From an uncultured Acidimicrobiia bacterium (GTDB lineage Bacteria > Acidobacteriota > Terriglobia > Versatilivoradales > Versatilivoraceae): a stretch of DNA of 64,000 nt. Below the pieces are notes generated by a model. That model had not been told where the DNA came from. It made no database searches and worked only from the letters and a program-made list of their open reading frames with translations. Position numbers and translations under genes: made by a program. This document shows, in pieces, positions 8,277 through 18,697 of the stretch. The stretch spans positions 1,164,127 to 1,228,126 of the forward strand of contig CAWBAT010000005.1 of the NCBI GenBank assembly GCA_963786955.1, read 5' to 3'. Positions within the stretch are counted from its first letter, which is position 1, and each line of letters opens with the position of its first letter.

Positions 8277-9302
8277 ATGAGTGGAAGGAAAACCCTGGGA
8301 GTTGTCTTGTTCCAACTTGGAGGTCCGGATTCTCTGGACTCCATTGAACCTTTTCTTCTCAATCTATTTCGAGATCCCGACATCATTGATTTCCCCTTTG
8401 CCAAGATTGCCCGCGAACCGTTGGCGAGGTTAATCTCGTCCTCCCGAGCAAAAAGAGTGAGGAATCATTATGCCAAGATCGGTGGCAAGTCTCCGATCCT
8501 GGAATTTACGAAATTGCAGGCACGAGCCCTAGAGGCGGAACTGCAGACGGTTTGCGATGCAAAGGTGCATATTGCGATGCGATACTGGCACCCTCTTACG
8601 AAAGAGGCGGTTCGTTCTGTGGAGCAACAGTTGCCGGAGGAAGTTGTATTGTTACCCCTTTATCCACAGTATTCCAAGACGACCACGGGCAGTAGCTTAA
8701 ACGAATGGGAACGTCAGACCCAAGTTTCTCCTATTGGCCGGATCCCGACTCGAACGGTTCGTGAATTTTACTCCTACCCGGGCTACCTCAGAGCCATTAC
8801 GAGCAGGATCAATGAAAGCTTGACCCGCTTTCCGCTTACGGAAGAAGTCCATTTTGTTTTTAGTGCTCACAGTCTTCCAGTCAGCGTGATCGAAGGCGGA
8901 GATCCTTATCGGGACCAGATCGAAAAGACCGTAGATCTGGTTCTGGAATGCGGCGGGTGGAGCTTTTCCCACACACTTTGTTATCAAAGCAAGGTGGGGG
9001 CGAGCAAATGGCTGCAGCCCTCCTTGCACGACACCATTCATCAGCTTGGGATGAAAAAGGTCAGAAATGTTTTGGTCATACCGATTGCCTTTGTCTCCGA
9101 TCATGTCGAGACTCTTAGTGAAATCGAACATGAAGCCCGGGAAGAGGCGGCTCATCACGGAATCCTGCAATTTGAAATGATGCGAGGACTCAATGATTCT
9201 CCTGAGTTTATTCAGGCTCTTGCCAAACTCGTGCTCAGCGAGTCAATGGATGCAAGTGCAAGAGATTTGGATCGAAAGGCGGTCAGGAGTTTTACCGGCT
9301 GA
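8277..9302 (+). CDS. hemH: ferrochelatase
   Basis: 341-aa ORF. LGVVLFQLGGPDSLDSIEPFLLNLFRDPDII, YPQYSKTTTGSS and the C-terminal IPIAFVSDHVETLSEI blocks are all typical of HemH. Confidence 0.9.
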   Translation: MSGRKTLGVVLFQLGGPDSLDSIEPFLLNLFRDPDIIDFPFAKIAREPLARLISSSRAKRVRNHYAKIGGKSPILEFTKLQARALEAELQTVCDAKVHIAMRYWHPLTKEAVRSVEQQLPEEVVLLPLYPQYSKTTTGSSLNEWERQTQVSPIGRIPTRTVREFYSYPGYLRAITSRINESLTRFPLTEEVHFVFSAHSLPVSVIEGGDPYRDQIEKTVDLVLECGGWSFSHTLCYQSKVGASKWLQPSLHDTIHQLGMKKVRNVLVIPIAFVSDHVETLSEIEHEAREEAAHHGILQFEMMRGLNDSPEFIQALAKLVLSESMDASARDLDRKAVRSFTG

Positions 9303-9416
9303 GTTACAGACACGGGCAGTTTAGGGCTAAAAGAAAACCATATTCCTTCGACAACAGTACGCACTTTCCCTCTAATTGCTCAGGTTATTGCCTCAAAGCC
9401 TGGGGGCAATTGCACC

Positions 9417-9445
9417 TTGACGTTCTGAATTCTGAATGATAGATT
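9417..9445 (+). promoter_or_regulatory. sigma70-like promoter candidate for the act-cox operon
   Basis: TTGACG (9417-9422), a 17-nt spacer, then TAGATT (9440-9445). It lies 68 nt upstream of the actA start. The spacer contains the direct repeat TTCTGAAT/TCTGAAT. Confidence 0.35.
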
Positions 9446-9512
9446 CACGCCTCAACTTTAGTAGGCTCCGGTGAGTCAGCCCTTATTTATGAGCCGGATA
9501 GAATAGTCTCAC

Positions 9513-10163
9513 GTGTCACAGATCTTTCATCGCAGCACCAATACAATTTCACGAGTCACCATTTTTGGGGCGATCTTCATTATCGCTGCACTCTTGACTG
9601 TGGCGCTCATGATTAATCGTTCCGGATACGTTACACAAGCCGACGTCCCTCGCGAGCAACCTGTACCTTTCAGCCACCAGCACCACGTGGGAGGAATTGG
9701 GATCGATTGTCGTTATTGTCACACGACTGTTGAAATTTCCCATTCCGCTAATATTCCGTCTACAAAGATTTGCATGAACTGTCATTCCCAAATATGGACG
9801 ACAAGTCCAACTCTCGAGCCCGTTCGTGAAAGCTTTCGCAAAGACAAATCTATTCCCTGGATTCGCGTTCACGATTTGCCGGATTACGCCTATTTCAACC
9901 ATAGCATTCACGTGAACAAAGGCGTTGGATGTTCAACCTGCCATGGGCGCGTGGATCGCATGCCGCTGGTTTGGCAACATGCCTCACTCCAGATGGAATG
10001 GTGTCTGGATTGCCATCGTCAGCCGGAAAAATATGTGCGACCTCGTGAAGAGGTGTTTGATATGGAGTACCAGCCGCCTGCAGACCAAATTGAGTTGGGC
10101 AGGAGACTCGTGAAGGAATACAAAATCCAAAGCTTAACACACTGTTCCACTTGCCACCGATGA
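9513..10163 (+). CDS. actA: alternative complex III subunit ActA, pentahaem cytochrome c
   Basis: Five CxxCH motifs (CRYCH, CMNCH, CSTCH, CLDCH, CSTCH) and an N-terminal membrane anchor. First gene of an act-type operon. Confidence 0.85.
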   Translation: MSQIFHRSTNTISRVTIFGAIFIIAALLTVALMINRSGYVTQADVPREQPVPFSHQHHVGGIGIDCRYCHTTVEISHSANIPSTKICMNCHSQIWTTSPTLEPVRESFRKDKSIPWIRVHDLPDYAYFNHSIHVNKGVGCSTCHGRVDRMPLVWQHASLQMEWCLDCHRQPEKYVRPREEVFDMEYQPPADQIELGRRLVKEYKIQSLTHCSTCHR

Positions 10164-13100
10164 CAAGAAACCACAGTCTTATAGACCTGGCTTCCGTCCG
10201 GTCGAAATTGAATCAGACCCAAGGACAAGCGTATTGGCGAAGCCTGGAAGAATTGGCAGACACCCCTGGATTTCAGGAATACCTGTATCGAGAATTCCCG
10301 CAGAACGTCGATCAGTGGATCGATCCGGTTGGCCGCCGCCGTTTCCTTCAATTGATGGGTGCCTCCCTTGCCTTGGCAGGCTTGACAGGCTGCACCAAGC
10401 AACCCGCTGAACACATTATGCCCTATGTCAAGGCTCCCGAAGAAATCGTGCCCGGCAAACCGTTGTTCTTTGCCACCGCCCGGCCTCATATGGGGTTTAC
10501 TGAAGGGCTGCTCGTTGAAAGCCATATGGGACGCCCCACCAAGATCGAAGGCAATCCTGAACACCCTGCCAGTCTTGGATCCACAGACGTGCTCTCGCAG
10601 GCTTCTATTCTGACGCTTTACGATCCGGATCGCTCCCAAGCGGTCACACAATACGGAGAAATTCGCTCCTACCCATCCTTTCTTGGCGAAATGAGGAATA
10701 CGGTTTCACTCCTTAAGGGGAGCCAAGGGGCGGGCCTCCGAATTCTGACAGAATCCACTACCTCGCCTTCACTGGCGGCCCAAATCAAAGACCTATTGGC
10801 CCTTTATCCCCTAGCTAGATGGCACCAATATGACGCTGTGAGTCGTGATATGGCTCGCAAAGGGGCCCTCATGGCATTCGGGGAGCACCTCGATACACGT
10901 TATGATTTTTCCAAAGCGAATGTAGTGCTTTCTCTCGATGCAGACTTCCTGACAGATAATCCCGGACGTCTGCGGTATACGCGCGATTTTGTCTCTCGGC
11001 GACGTGTTCGCGAAGGCCAATTCGAGATGAATCGCCTCTACGTTGTTGAGCCCACGCCCACCAACACCGGATCGATGGCGGACCATCGTCTGCCTATGAG
11101 CGCTGGAGACGTTGAGAAATTTGCCTGGGCGCTTGTTCAGGAATTAGGCATCCCGGTTCAAAAGAAGAATTTAGAGGGAGCGCCCGGCGCTGCCTGGATC
11201 GCTCCGCTTGCAAAGGATTTGCGACTAAACTCGGGGAAATCGATTGTCATTCCAGGAGAACATCAGTCCCCGACAGTTCATCTCTTGACTCACGCCATGA
11301 ACCAGTTTCTCGGGAATATCGACAGTACTGTTTTTCATACCGATCCCGTGGAAGCCGATCCTACCGACCAATTCGCCTCGTTGCGCGATCTCGTGCGCTC
11401 GATGGAAGCAGGAAGTGTTGATACATTGCTCATTCTCGGGGGCAATCCCGTCTATACGACGCCCGCCGACTTAAATTTTGCGGACGCCCTAACCAAAGTA
11501 AAACTGCGAATTCATTTGGGCCTATACAACGATGAAACAGCATTCCTCTGCCATTGGCACATCCCAGAAGCCCATTTCCTTGAGTCCTGGAGCGACGGGC
11601 GGGCATACGATGGTACGCTTAGTATTTTACAGCCGTTGATTGCTCCTCTCTATGATGGCAAAACGTCACACGAATTGCTCGCTGCTTTCACGACCAGGCC
11701 CGACCGATCCAGTTATGAAATTCTGCGAGATTATTGGAGGAGAAATTGGCCAGGCGCCGCTGTTCCAAAAGACACAAGGCAATCCAAAGTGCCGTCCACT
11801 CAGGCGGAGGGGTTCGATCATTTTGAGCGGCAATGGCGGCAAGCGATCCACGACGGGTTTATTGCCGGAACGGCTTTGCCCGCGAAGAAGACTTCGATGG
11901 ACGCCGGCCTGGTAAATCAACTGCAGCCGACCGCAATTTCCAGCAATCAAGCCAACAGCCAACTTGAGATCATTTTCCGTCCAGATCCGCACATTTTCGA
12001 CGGTCATTTCGCCAATAATGGCTGGCTGCAAGAATTACCCAAACCTCATACCCGGCTCACTTGGGATAATGCGGCTCTCGTGAGCCCAGCTACCGCACAG
12101 AAGCTGCGACTGAATAATGAAGAGCTGGTTGAATTGAGTTACCAGGGACGTAAGGTTGAAGCGGCCGTATGGATTTTGCCCGGTCAGAGTCCGAATTCAG
12201 TCACCCTTCATTTGGGATATGGCCGGACGTGGACAGGGCGAGTAGGTAAAGGGGCCGGATTCAATGCCTACTTGCTCCGCACCACGGATACAGCGTCGTT
12301 TGGTTCTGGCTTAGAGATTCGGAAAACCGGCAAGCACTACCCATTGGCCTGTACACAGCATCATTCCAGCATGGAAGGGCGTAACCTTGTCCGTGCCGGA
12401 ACGCTTGAGGAGTTCAAGCAGAATCCTGATTTCGTTCAGGAGATGGGAGAGAATCGTCCCAACAGTCTTTCCGTGTACCCGGCATTCAAATACGAGGGAA
12501 ACGCCTGGGGGATGGTGATCGACTTAAATGCATGCACAGGCTGCAACGCCTGTACTATCGCCTGCCAGTCCGAAAATAACATTCCGGTTGTCGGGAAAGA
12601 ACAAGTCGTCATTGGTCGCGAGATGCACTGGATTCGGGTGGATCGTTACTTCAAAGGCGAACTGGACAACCCCGAAACCTATAACCAACCTGTTCCTTGC
12701 ATGCAGTGTGAAAATGCTCCGTGCGAAGTCGTTTGCCCTGTGGGTGCCACTTCGCATAGCCCGGAAGGGCTAAATGATATGACTTATAACCGTTGTGTGG
12801 GTACGCGTTATTGTCTCAATAATTGCCCTTACAAGGTGAGACGCTTCAATTTCCTGCTCTATTCGGATTTTGAAACGCCAAGCCTGAAGCTGGGTCGAAA
12901 TCCGGACGTCACCGTTCGATCGCGTGGAGTCATGGAGAAATGCACGTACTGCGTGCAAAGGATTAATGTGGCCAAAATCAATGCGGAAAAGGGAAATCGG
13001 CCCATTCGCGATGGAGAAATTGTGACCGCTTGCGAAGCCGTGTGTCCTGCTAAAGCCATTACCTTCGGGAATCTCAATGACCCGGCGAGTCGTGTGACTC

Positions 13101-13210
13101 GCCTCAAAGCTGAAAAACTGAATTATGGCCTGTTGGCCGATCTCAATACCCGGCCCAGAACGACGTATCTGGGACGATTGAGGAATCCGAATCCGGAGAT
13201 GATCCTCTAA
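10160..13210 (+). CDS. actB: alternative complex III subunit ActB (molybdopterin-oxidoreductase-like domain fused to 4Fe-4S domain)
   Basis: The ATG at 10160 overlaps the actA stop (ATGA). Twin-arginine motif GRRRFLQL is followed by LTGC. The large MopB-like half is followed by ferredoxin-type Cys clusters (CTGCNACTIAC, CMQCENAPCEVVC, CVGTRYCLNNC, CTYC). Confidence 0.9.
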   Translation: MTRNHSLIDLASVRSKLNQTQGQAYWRSLEELADTPGFQEYLYREFPQNVDQWIDPVGRRRFLQLMGASLALAGLTGCTKQPAEHIMPYVKAPEEIVPGKPLFFATARPHMGFTEGLLVESHMGRPTKIEGNPEHPASLGSTDVLSQASILTLYDPDRSQAVTQYGEIRSYPSFLGEMRNTVSLLKGSQGAGLRILTESTTSPSLAAQIKDLLALYPLARWHQYDAVSRDMARKGALMAFGEHLDTRYDFSKANVVLSLDADFLTDNPGRLRYTRDFVSRRRVREGQFEMNRLYVVEPTPTNTGSMADHRLPMSAGDVEKFAWALVQELGIPVQKKNLEGAPGAAWIAPLAKDLRLNSGKSIVIPGEHQSPTVHLLTHAMNQFLGNIDSTVFHTDPVEADPTDQFASLRDLVRSMEAGSVDTLLILGGNPVYTTPADLNFADALTKVKLRIHLGLYNDETAFLCHWHIPEAHFLESWSDGRAYDGTLSILQPLIAPLYDGKTSHELLAAFTTRPDRSSYEILRDYWRRNWPGAAVPKDTRQSKVPSTQAEGFDHFERQWRQAIHDGFIAGTALPAKKTSMDAGLVNQLQPTAISSNQANSQLEIIFRPDPHIFDGHFANNGWLQELPKPHTRLTWDNAALVSPATAQKLRLNNEELVELSYQGRKVEAAVWILPGQSPNSVTLHLGYGRTWTGRVGKGAGFNAYLLRTTDTASFGSGLEIRKTGKHYPLACTQHHSSMEGRNLVRAGTLEEFKQNPDFVQEMGENRPNSLSVYPAFKYEGNAWGMVIDLNACTGCNACTIACQSENNIPVVGKEQVVIGREMHWIRVDRYFKGELDNPETYNQPVPCMQCENAPCEVVCPVGATSHSPEGLNDMTYNRCVGTRYCLNNCPYKVRRFNFLLYSDFETPSLKLGRNPDVTVRSRGVMEKCTYCVQRINVAKINAEKGNRPIRDGEIVTACEAVCPAKAITFGNLNDPASRVTRLKAEKLNYGLLADLNTRPRTTYLGRLRNPNPEMIL

Positions 13211-13263
13211 AGAGGCTTCAAGTTCCTATGGGCAGAAGCGCCTGAATTATTTCACCTGAACTC

Positions 13264-14649
13264 ATGAATCAAGATCAATCCAGTCCGACAACCACCCATT
13301 TGACAGAGACGGCACCTATCATTGAGCCGGGCTATACTTTTGCCTCCGTGACGGACAAGATCAGCGCTGTTGTCTTGACTCATCGGACCCCGCGAGGCTG
13401 GTATTTTGGTTTCGGAATCGGCTTCATCCTGGTCATGCTGCTCCTCACGACGATCGGCCGGCTTCTGGTTGTCGGAACTGGCATTTGGGGCGTAACGAAT
13501 CCTGTTGGTTGGGGATTTGACATCATCAATTTTGTCTGGTGGATTGGCATCGGACATGCCGGCACTCTGATCTCGGCCATCCTCTTGCTTCTGCGTCAGG
13601 AATGGCGGACTTCGATTAATCGGTTTGCGGAGGCCATGACTCTCTTTGCAGTTGCCTGTGCGGCACTCTATCCCTTGTTGCACACCGGCAGACCTTGGTT
13701 GGCCATCTACTGGCTCTTCCCCTATCCCAACACCATGGGACTCTGGCCGCAATTCCGCAGTCCACTCATCTGGGACGTTTTCGCGGTTTCGACGTACGCA
13801 ACAGTCTCCTTGCTCTTTTGGTTTGTTGGATTGATCCCGGACCTGGCTACACTCCGAGATCGTTCCCCCAACCGTTTTGGACGAATCCTGTTTGGGATTT
13901 TGGCCATGGGATGGCGCGGGTCAGCCCGCCACTGGACTCGTTATGAAGCGGCCTATTTGCTTCTGGCGGGCTTATCTACCCCCCTTGTCCTATCGGTCCA
14001 CTCGATCGTTAGTTTTGACTTCGCGGTCTCCGTGATCCCGGGCTGGCATGCAACCATTTTCCCGCCCTACTTTGTTGCGGGCGCCGTTTTCGCGGGGTTT
14101 GCCATGGTGCTTATTTTGGCGATTCCCATTCGGAAATTCTACGGTTTGGAAGATTTCATTACCCTGCGGCATCTCGATAACATGGCCAAGATTCTTTTGG
14201 TGACGGGCCTGATCGTGTCTTACGGCTATATGATGGAAGCCTTTTTCGGCTGGTACAGTGCGAATCCTTACGAGAGTTATATGATCTTGAATCGGATGAA
14301 AGGTCCTTATGCCTTCTTTTACTGGGTATTGATTTTCTGCAATGTTGTGGCACCGCAAGTTTTTTGGTCGAAACGCATGCGGACAAACATTGCTGTGCTG
14401 TTTACCGTCTCCATTATTGTCAGCGTCGGAATGTGGCTGGAGCGCTTCATCATTGTCGTGACGAGCCTCAGTCGTGATTTCTTACCGTCGTCTTGGGGAA
14501 TGTACTATCCGACTCGCTGGGATTTTGGAATGTTCTTCGGAACCATCGGCCTGTTTGTCAGCCTTTTGTTTTTGTTCCTGCGCTTTCTACCGATGATCTC
14601 AATTTTTGAAATGCGCACGATTCTCCCGCAAGCAGAGGTCAAGGAATAG
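13264..14649 (+). CDS. actC: alternative complex III subunit ActC (NrfD/PsrC-like quinol-interacting membrane subunit)
   Basis: 461-aa polytopic membrane ORF directly after actB. NrfD-like hydrophobic pattern. Confidence 0.85.
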   Translation: MNQDQSSPTTTHLTETAPIIEPGYTFASVTDKISAVVLTHRTPRGWYFGFGIGFILVMLLLTTIGRLLVVGTGIWGVTNPVGWGFDIINFVWWIGIGHAGTLISAILLLLRQEWRTSINRFAEAMTLFAVACAALYPLLHTGRPWLAIYWLFPYPNTMGLWPQFRSPLIWDVFAVSTYATVSLLFWFVGLIPDLATLRDRSPNRFGRILFGILAMGWRGSARHWTRYEAAYLLLAGLSTPLVLSVHSIVSFDFAVSVIPGWHATIFPPYFVAGAVFAGFAMVLILAIPIRKFYGLEDFITLRHLDNMAKILLVTGLIVSYGYMMEAFFGWYSANPYESYMILNRMKGPYAFFYWVLIFCNVVAPQVFWSKRMRTNIAVLFTVSIIVSVGMWLERFIIVVTSLSRDFLPSSWGMYYPTRWDFGMFFGTIGLFVSLLFLFLRFLPMISIFEMRTILPQAEVKE

Positions 14650-14705
14650 AAAGGCAGGCCTTCGTTGAGTCATATGAAACGAGAACCACTGGAGTTCAAC
14701 GTTTG

Positions 14706-15245
14706 ATGCGGTCGAGATCTTCTCTTTACGGATTAATGGCGGAATTTGACAGTGCCACGTCATTGGTGGCTGCTGCAAAACGCACCCGTGACTATGGGTA
14801 TAAGAAAATGGATGCGTATTCGCCATTTCCCATTGAAGAGTTAAGTGAAGCCATTGGGTTTCACGATTGGCGCCTGCCGTTCATTGTTCTTTGCGGAGGC
14901 ATAATGGGCTGCCTTGCCGGCTTCTTTTTCCAATATTGGACGACTGTGGTGGATTATCCGGTGAATATTGGCGGTCGCCCTTTGTTTAGTTGGCCGTCGT
15001 TTATTCCGGTAACCTTTGAGACGACCGTGCTGGGAGCCTCCCTCGGGGCGGTCCTGGGGATGTTAGGTCTCAATGGTTTGCCGATGCCCTATCACCCGGT
15101 CTTCAACGTGTCCAGGTTCGCGCTTGCGAGCCGCGATCGTTTCTTCTTATGTATTGAGGCACGGGATCCAAAATTTGATCAGGAGGCCACTCGACGATTT
15201 CTCGAGTCGCTGGGACCACGCATTGTTCATGAAGTCCCCCATTGA
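14706..15245 (+). CDS. actD: alternative complex III subunit ActD
   Basis: LYGLMAEFDSATSLVAAAKRTRDYGYKKMDAYSPFPIEEL N-terminus and two TM helices. Operon position after actC. Confidence 0.75.
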   Translation: MRSRSSLYGLMAEFDSATSLVAAAKRTRDYGYKKMDAYSPFPIEELSEAIGFHDWRLPFIVLCGGIMGCLAGFFFQYWTTVVDYPVNIGGRPLFSWPSFIPVTFETTVLGASLGAVLGMLGLNGLPMPYHPVFNVSRFALASRDRFFLCIEARDPKFDQEATRRFLESLGPRIVHEVPH

Positions 15246-15251
15246 TTTGTG

Positions 15252-15986
15252 ATGAAGAGCATCGTGCGTTTTATGAATTGCGCCAAACAATTCAAGAGCC
15301 GGTCTGGCCTATGGGCTAATGAGAACATGGGCCAGTTCTGCCTGAACTCTTTTTCTACTTCTCGAGCTCTGTCTCCGTTCTTGCTGGTCCTGGGATTGAC
15401 GATCCTGACCGGTTGTCGTCAGGACATGCAAAATCAACCCAAATACAAAGCGCTGGCTCCCAGCAGTTTTTTCTCAGACGGACGTTCTGCGCGACCACTG
15501 GTGTCTGGAACGGTGGCCAGAGGGGATCTCCGAGAAGATACGGATCTCTACCTGGGTAAAGTTGATGGAAAGCTGGTCGATGCATTCCCCTTTCCTGTGA
15601 CCAAGCAGATCCTGGAACGAGGGCAGGAACGTTACAATATTTATTGCGTTCCCTGCCACGACCGGGTTGGAAATGGGCAGGGGATGGTTGTGAAGCGGGG
15701 GTTTCGGCCCCCACCGTCCTACCATATTGAACGTTTGAGGCAAGCTCCGGCAGGATATTTTTATGATGTGATCACGAATGGGTTTGGCGCGATGCAGGAC
15801 TATTCCGTGCAGGTCCCAGTTCGAGACCGATGGGCGATCGTGGCGTATATTCGAGTGTTGCAGTTAAGCCAACATGCCAGCCTGAATGACGTGGCCGAAG
15901 CAGATCGCAATAAGTTGAATGGAGAAGCCGGTTCCCGGTCCACACCGCCGCATCCCCAGGAAAACCATGGGTCAATTGGTGAGTAG
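15252..15986 (+). CDS. actE: alternative complex III subunit ActE, monohaem cytochrome c lipoprotein
   Basis: Single CVPCH motif and lipobox LTILTGC. Operon position fits. The start is uncertain (ATG 15252, or ATG 15327). Confidence 0.75.
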   Translation: MKSIVRFMNCAKQFKSRSGLWANENMGQFCLNSFSTSRALSPFLLVLGLTILTGCRQDMQNQPKYKALAPSSFFSDGRSARPLVSGTVARGDLREDTDLYLGKVDGKLVDAFPFPVTKQILERGQERYNIYCVPCHDRVGNGQGMVVKRGFRPPPSYHIERLRQAPAGYFYDVITNGFGAMQDYSVQVPVRDRWAIVAYIRVLQLSQHASLNDVAEADRNKLNGEAGSRSTPPHPQENHGSIGE

Positions 15987-16013
15987 GTTAAAGACAGGGT
16001 CAAAGGGGTTCTA

Positions 16014-17198
16014 TTGATCGAGATTCAGGATGCAACTCTAAACTTACCCATTCTCCAAAGGGTGCAGAAGCGAAGCTTTGCCGCGGGCGGAATTTTTCTA
16101 GCCTTGTGCATTGGGGGTGCCATATCAAACCCCGACCAATTTTTTCGATCCTACTTATTTGCCTTCGTCTTTTGGAGCGGGATTCCACTGGGTTCCCTGG
16201 CGATCCTGATGCTTCAATACCTTACGGGGGGCGCATGGGGGATCATGATACGGCGGTTGCTTGAAGCCTCAACGCGCACATTGCCGATCTTGGCTGCACT
16301 GTTCGTCCCAATCTTTTTCGGGATGCAGCACCTCTATGAGTGGGCCCAGCCTGAAAAGGTGAAAGCCGACAAGATCTTGCAGCATAAGGCCCCTTATTTG
16401 AATATCCCTTTTTTTGCCTTGAGAACCGTCGTGTACTTTCTGGCGTGGTACAGCCTGATTTACTTTTTCAATAAGTGGTCGCAGCAACAGGATGACAACA
16501 AGGCGGCCCGGACAAAATTCAACGCGGAGAGTCTGAGCGGCCCTGGGCTTGTTATTTTTGGGGCTACCGCAACTTTTGCTTCTTTCGACTGGGTGATGTC
16601 TCTTGAGCCGCACTGGTATTCCACCATATTTGGCATGTATTACATGATCGGGCAAACCTTAACCACATTTTCTTTTACGATTTTGGTTTTGATCCTGCTG
16701 GCGGAGAGGAAGCCCTTGTCGGAAGTACTCTCACCCGAACACCTCCATGACCTGGGAAAGTTGACCCTTGCCTTCGTAATGATTTGGGCCTACCTGTCCT
16801 TCTCCCAATTCTTGATTATCTGGTCTGGAAATTTGCCGGAAGAAACACCGTATTATTTAAAACGTTTAGCCAACGGCTGGTGGTGGCTGCAACTTGCATT
16901 GATCTTGTTCCACTTTGCACTCCCGTTTATTCTATTGCTCTCACGGAGCTTGAAGAGGGCTCCTCGGCAGCTGATTAAAGTGGCGTCTTTGATCCTCTTC
17001 ATGAGATTGATTGATTTGTTCCTCCTGATAGCCCCTACTGGACACGATGGGCATTTCCGCATCCATTGGATGGATCTGGCTGCGCTCTTGGGAATCGGTG
17101 GCGTCTGGTTGGGAGTATTCTGCAGGACCTTGATTGCCCGACCAGTGCTTCCAGTTCATGATCCTGCGTTTGAGGAGGCGCTGCAAGGTGGCCACTAA
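16014..17198 (+). CDS. actF: alternative complex III subunit ActF (second NrfD-like membrane subunit)
   Basis: 394-aa polytopic membrane ORF in the expected position after actE. Confidence 0.75.
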   Translation: MIEIQDATLNLPILQRVQKRSFAAGGIFLALCIGGAISNPDQFFRSYLFAFVFWSGIPLGSLAILMLQYLTGGAWGIMIRRLLEASTRTLPILAALFVPIFFGMQHLYEWAQPEKVKADKILQHKAPYLNIPFFALRTVVYFLAWYSLIYFFNKWSQQQDDNKAARTKFNAESLSGPGLVIFGATATFASFDWVMSLEPHWYSTIFGMYYMIGQTLTTFSFTILVLILLAERKPLSEVLSPEHLHDLGKLTLAFVMIWAYLSFSQFLIIWSGNLPEETPYYLKRLANGWWWLQLALILFHFALPFILLLSRSLKRAPRQLIKVASLILFMRLIDLFLLIAPTGHDGHFRIHWMDLAALLGIGGVWLGVFCRTLIARPVLPVHDPAFEEALQGGH

Positions 17199-17661
17199 GC
17201 ACGGAAATCTTGAGCAGATACCGCCTGAAAGCCAACATGAAGCTAGTGATGTCAGCGCTAGGCCTATCTTCTACTTTGCCATTGCTCTTGTCATTCTCAT
17301 CATTTTTACCGTGATCTCGATGAAGGGGCTCTTCAATTTTCTTGATCAAGAAGCCGATCGCTCTGACACGCAGCTTTCCGGTGTTGCCTTCGAGCGCCCC
17401 ACACTGCCCCCCTTACCTCGTTTGGAGTCGGATCCGGTTGCTGTTCGAAGACAATTTTTCCAAAATGAAAAGAAAATCATTGAGAGTTATGGCTGGGTAG
17501 ATCAGAAACAGGGTATTGTGCGAGTTCCAATCAATCGGGCTATGGAATTACTGGTTGAGCGGGGTTTGCCAGTGAGGGCTGAGGCCAAAGTGAACCCAAG
17601 CAGTGAGCAATCTCGAGAGCCGGGAAAGTTAGAAGCAGAGAAAAGCCCAGCTGGAAAGTAG
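17188..17661 (+). CDS. small single-pass membrane protein between act and cox genes (function unknown, ActG-position)
   Basis: ORF 17134..17661. The preferred GTG at 17188 lies 9 nt after GGAGG and overlaps the actF stop by 11 nt. One TM helix (IFYFAIALVILIIFTVISM). Confidence 0.5.
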   Translation: MATKHGNLEQIPPESQHEASDVSARPIFYFAIALVILIIFTVISMKGLFNFLDQEADRSDTQLSGVAFERPTLPPLPRLESDPVAVRRQFFQNEKKIIESYGWVDQKQGIVRVPINRAMELLVERGLPVRAEAKVNPSSEQSREPGKLEAEKSPAGK

Positions 17662-18654
17662 GTGAGAGGAAACATGTTACGAAGTCACTACGAGTACGAA
17701 TCGATAAGACAGGCATTCAGGCGATTTTCATCTCTGGTCCCGCCGGGGAGAGAGGCGCGTTGTCGCTCAGTTTCTTCGCCCCTTCAGCGATGGAGGAAAA
17801 TAGTGACTTTCTCGCTCCCCTCGAGTTTTCGAGTCCTCAAATTGTTTTTCATGGCTTGCCTTTTCATTTTCAGGGGAACGAGCCTAACGGCGTCGACCCT
17901 TCAGCCGGCCCCAAACCAGCTCCCCGAAGCTGTGCGCAACGTGGGCATTGATCAGCGGCTCAATGAACAGTTGCCGTTGGATTTGGTGTTTAGGGATGAA
18001 AATGGGAAGGCCGTCCAGCTCGGAGACTATTTTCGGGAAAAGCCCGTTATCTTGACCCTCGTTTATCACGAATGTCCGATGCTCTGCAGTGAAGTGCTGG
18101 ATGGATTACTTCGCACGCTGCGTGTCTTAAAATTCAATATCGGTAAGGATTTCGACGTCATCACCGTGAGTTTTAATCCCGAGGAGGATGCCACGATTGC
18201 CCGATCTGTCAAGGAAACCTACCTGAAGCGATACAGGCGGGAGGGTGCGGAAGCGGGATGGCATTTTCTGACTGGAGAACAACCTTCCATTGAGAAGTTA
18301 ACGAAAGCTGTGGGGTTCCGCTACGGCTATGATTCGGCCAAAAAACTGTATGTCCATGCGGCAGGGATTATGTTGGTGACTCCTCAAGGGCGGTTATCGC
18401 GTTACTTCTATGGAATTGAGTTTCCGGCCAAAGATCTCCGTTTAGGACTGGTTGAGGCCTCACAAAATAAGATCGGTTCAGTAGTAGACCAGGTTCTACT
18501 CTACTGTTACCACTATGATCCGGCCACCGGGACATACGGCCTGGTCATCATGACGATTGTCCGAATACTTGGAATTGCTTTTGTCCTTGGCATGGGGTTA
18601 TGCATCGCTCTCATGTTGCGCCGGGAGAAGGGCGCAAAGTATTTAGTTTCGTAA
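17662..18654 (+). CDS. SCO1/SenC-family copper chaperone
   Basis: KPVILTLVYHECPMLCSEVLDGL carries the thioredoxin-fold CxxxC copper site, and there is a C-terminal TM helix. The first ~63 codons look non-protein-like, so the true start may be near 17851. Confidence 0.75.
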   Translation: MRGNMLRSHYEYESIRQAFRRFSSLVPPGREARCRSVSSPLQRWRKIVTFSLPSSFRVLKLFFMACLFIFRGTSLTASTLQPAPNQLPEAVRNVGIDQRLNEQLPLDLVFRDENGKAVQLGDYFREKPVILTLVYHECPMLCSEVLDGLLRTLRVLKFNIGKDFDVITVSFNPEEDATIARSVKETYLKRYRREGAEAGWHFLTGEQPSIEKLTKAVGFRYGYDSAKKLYVHAAGIMLVTPQGRLSRYFYGIEFPAKDLRLGLVEASQNKIGSVVDQVLLYCYHYDPATGTYGLVIMTIVRILGIAFVLGMGLCIALMLRREKGAKYLVS

Positions 18655-18697
18655 TCGCTTTTTCGCATTGAAGTAAGATTCCAAAATACCGATCACT

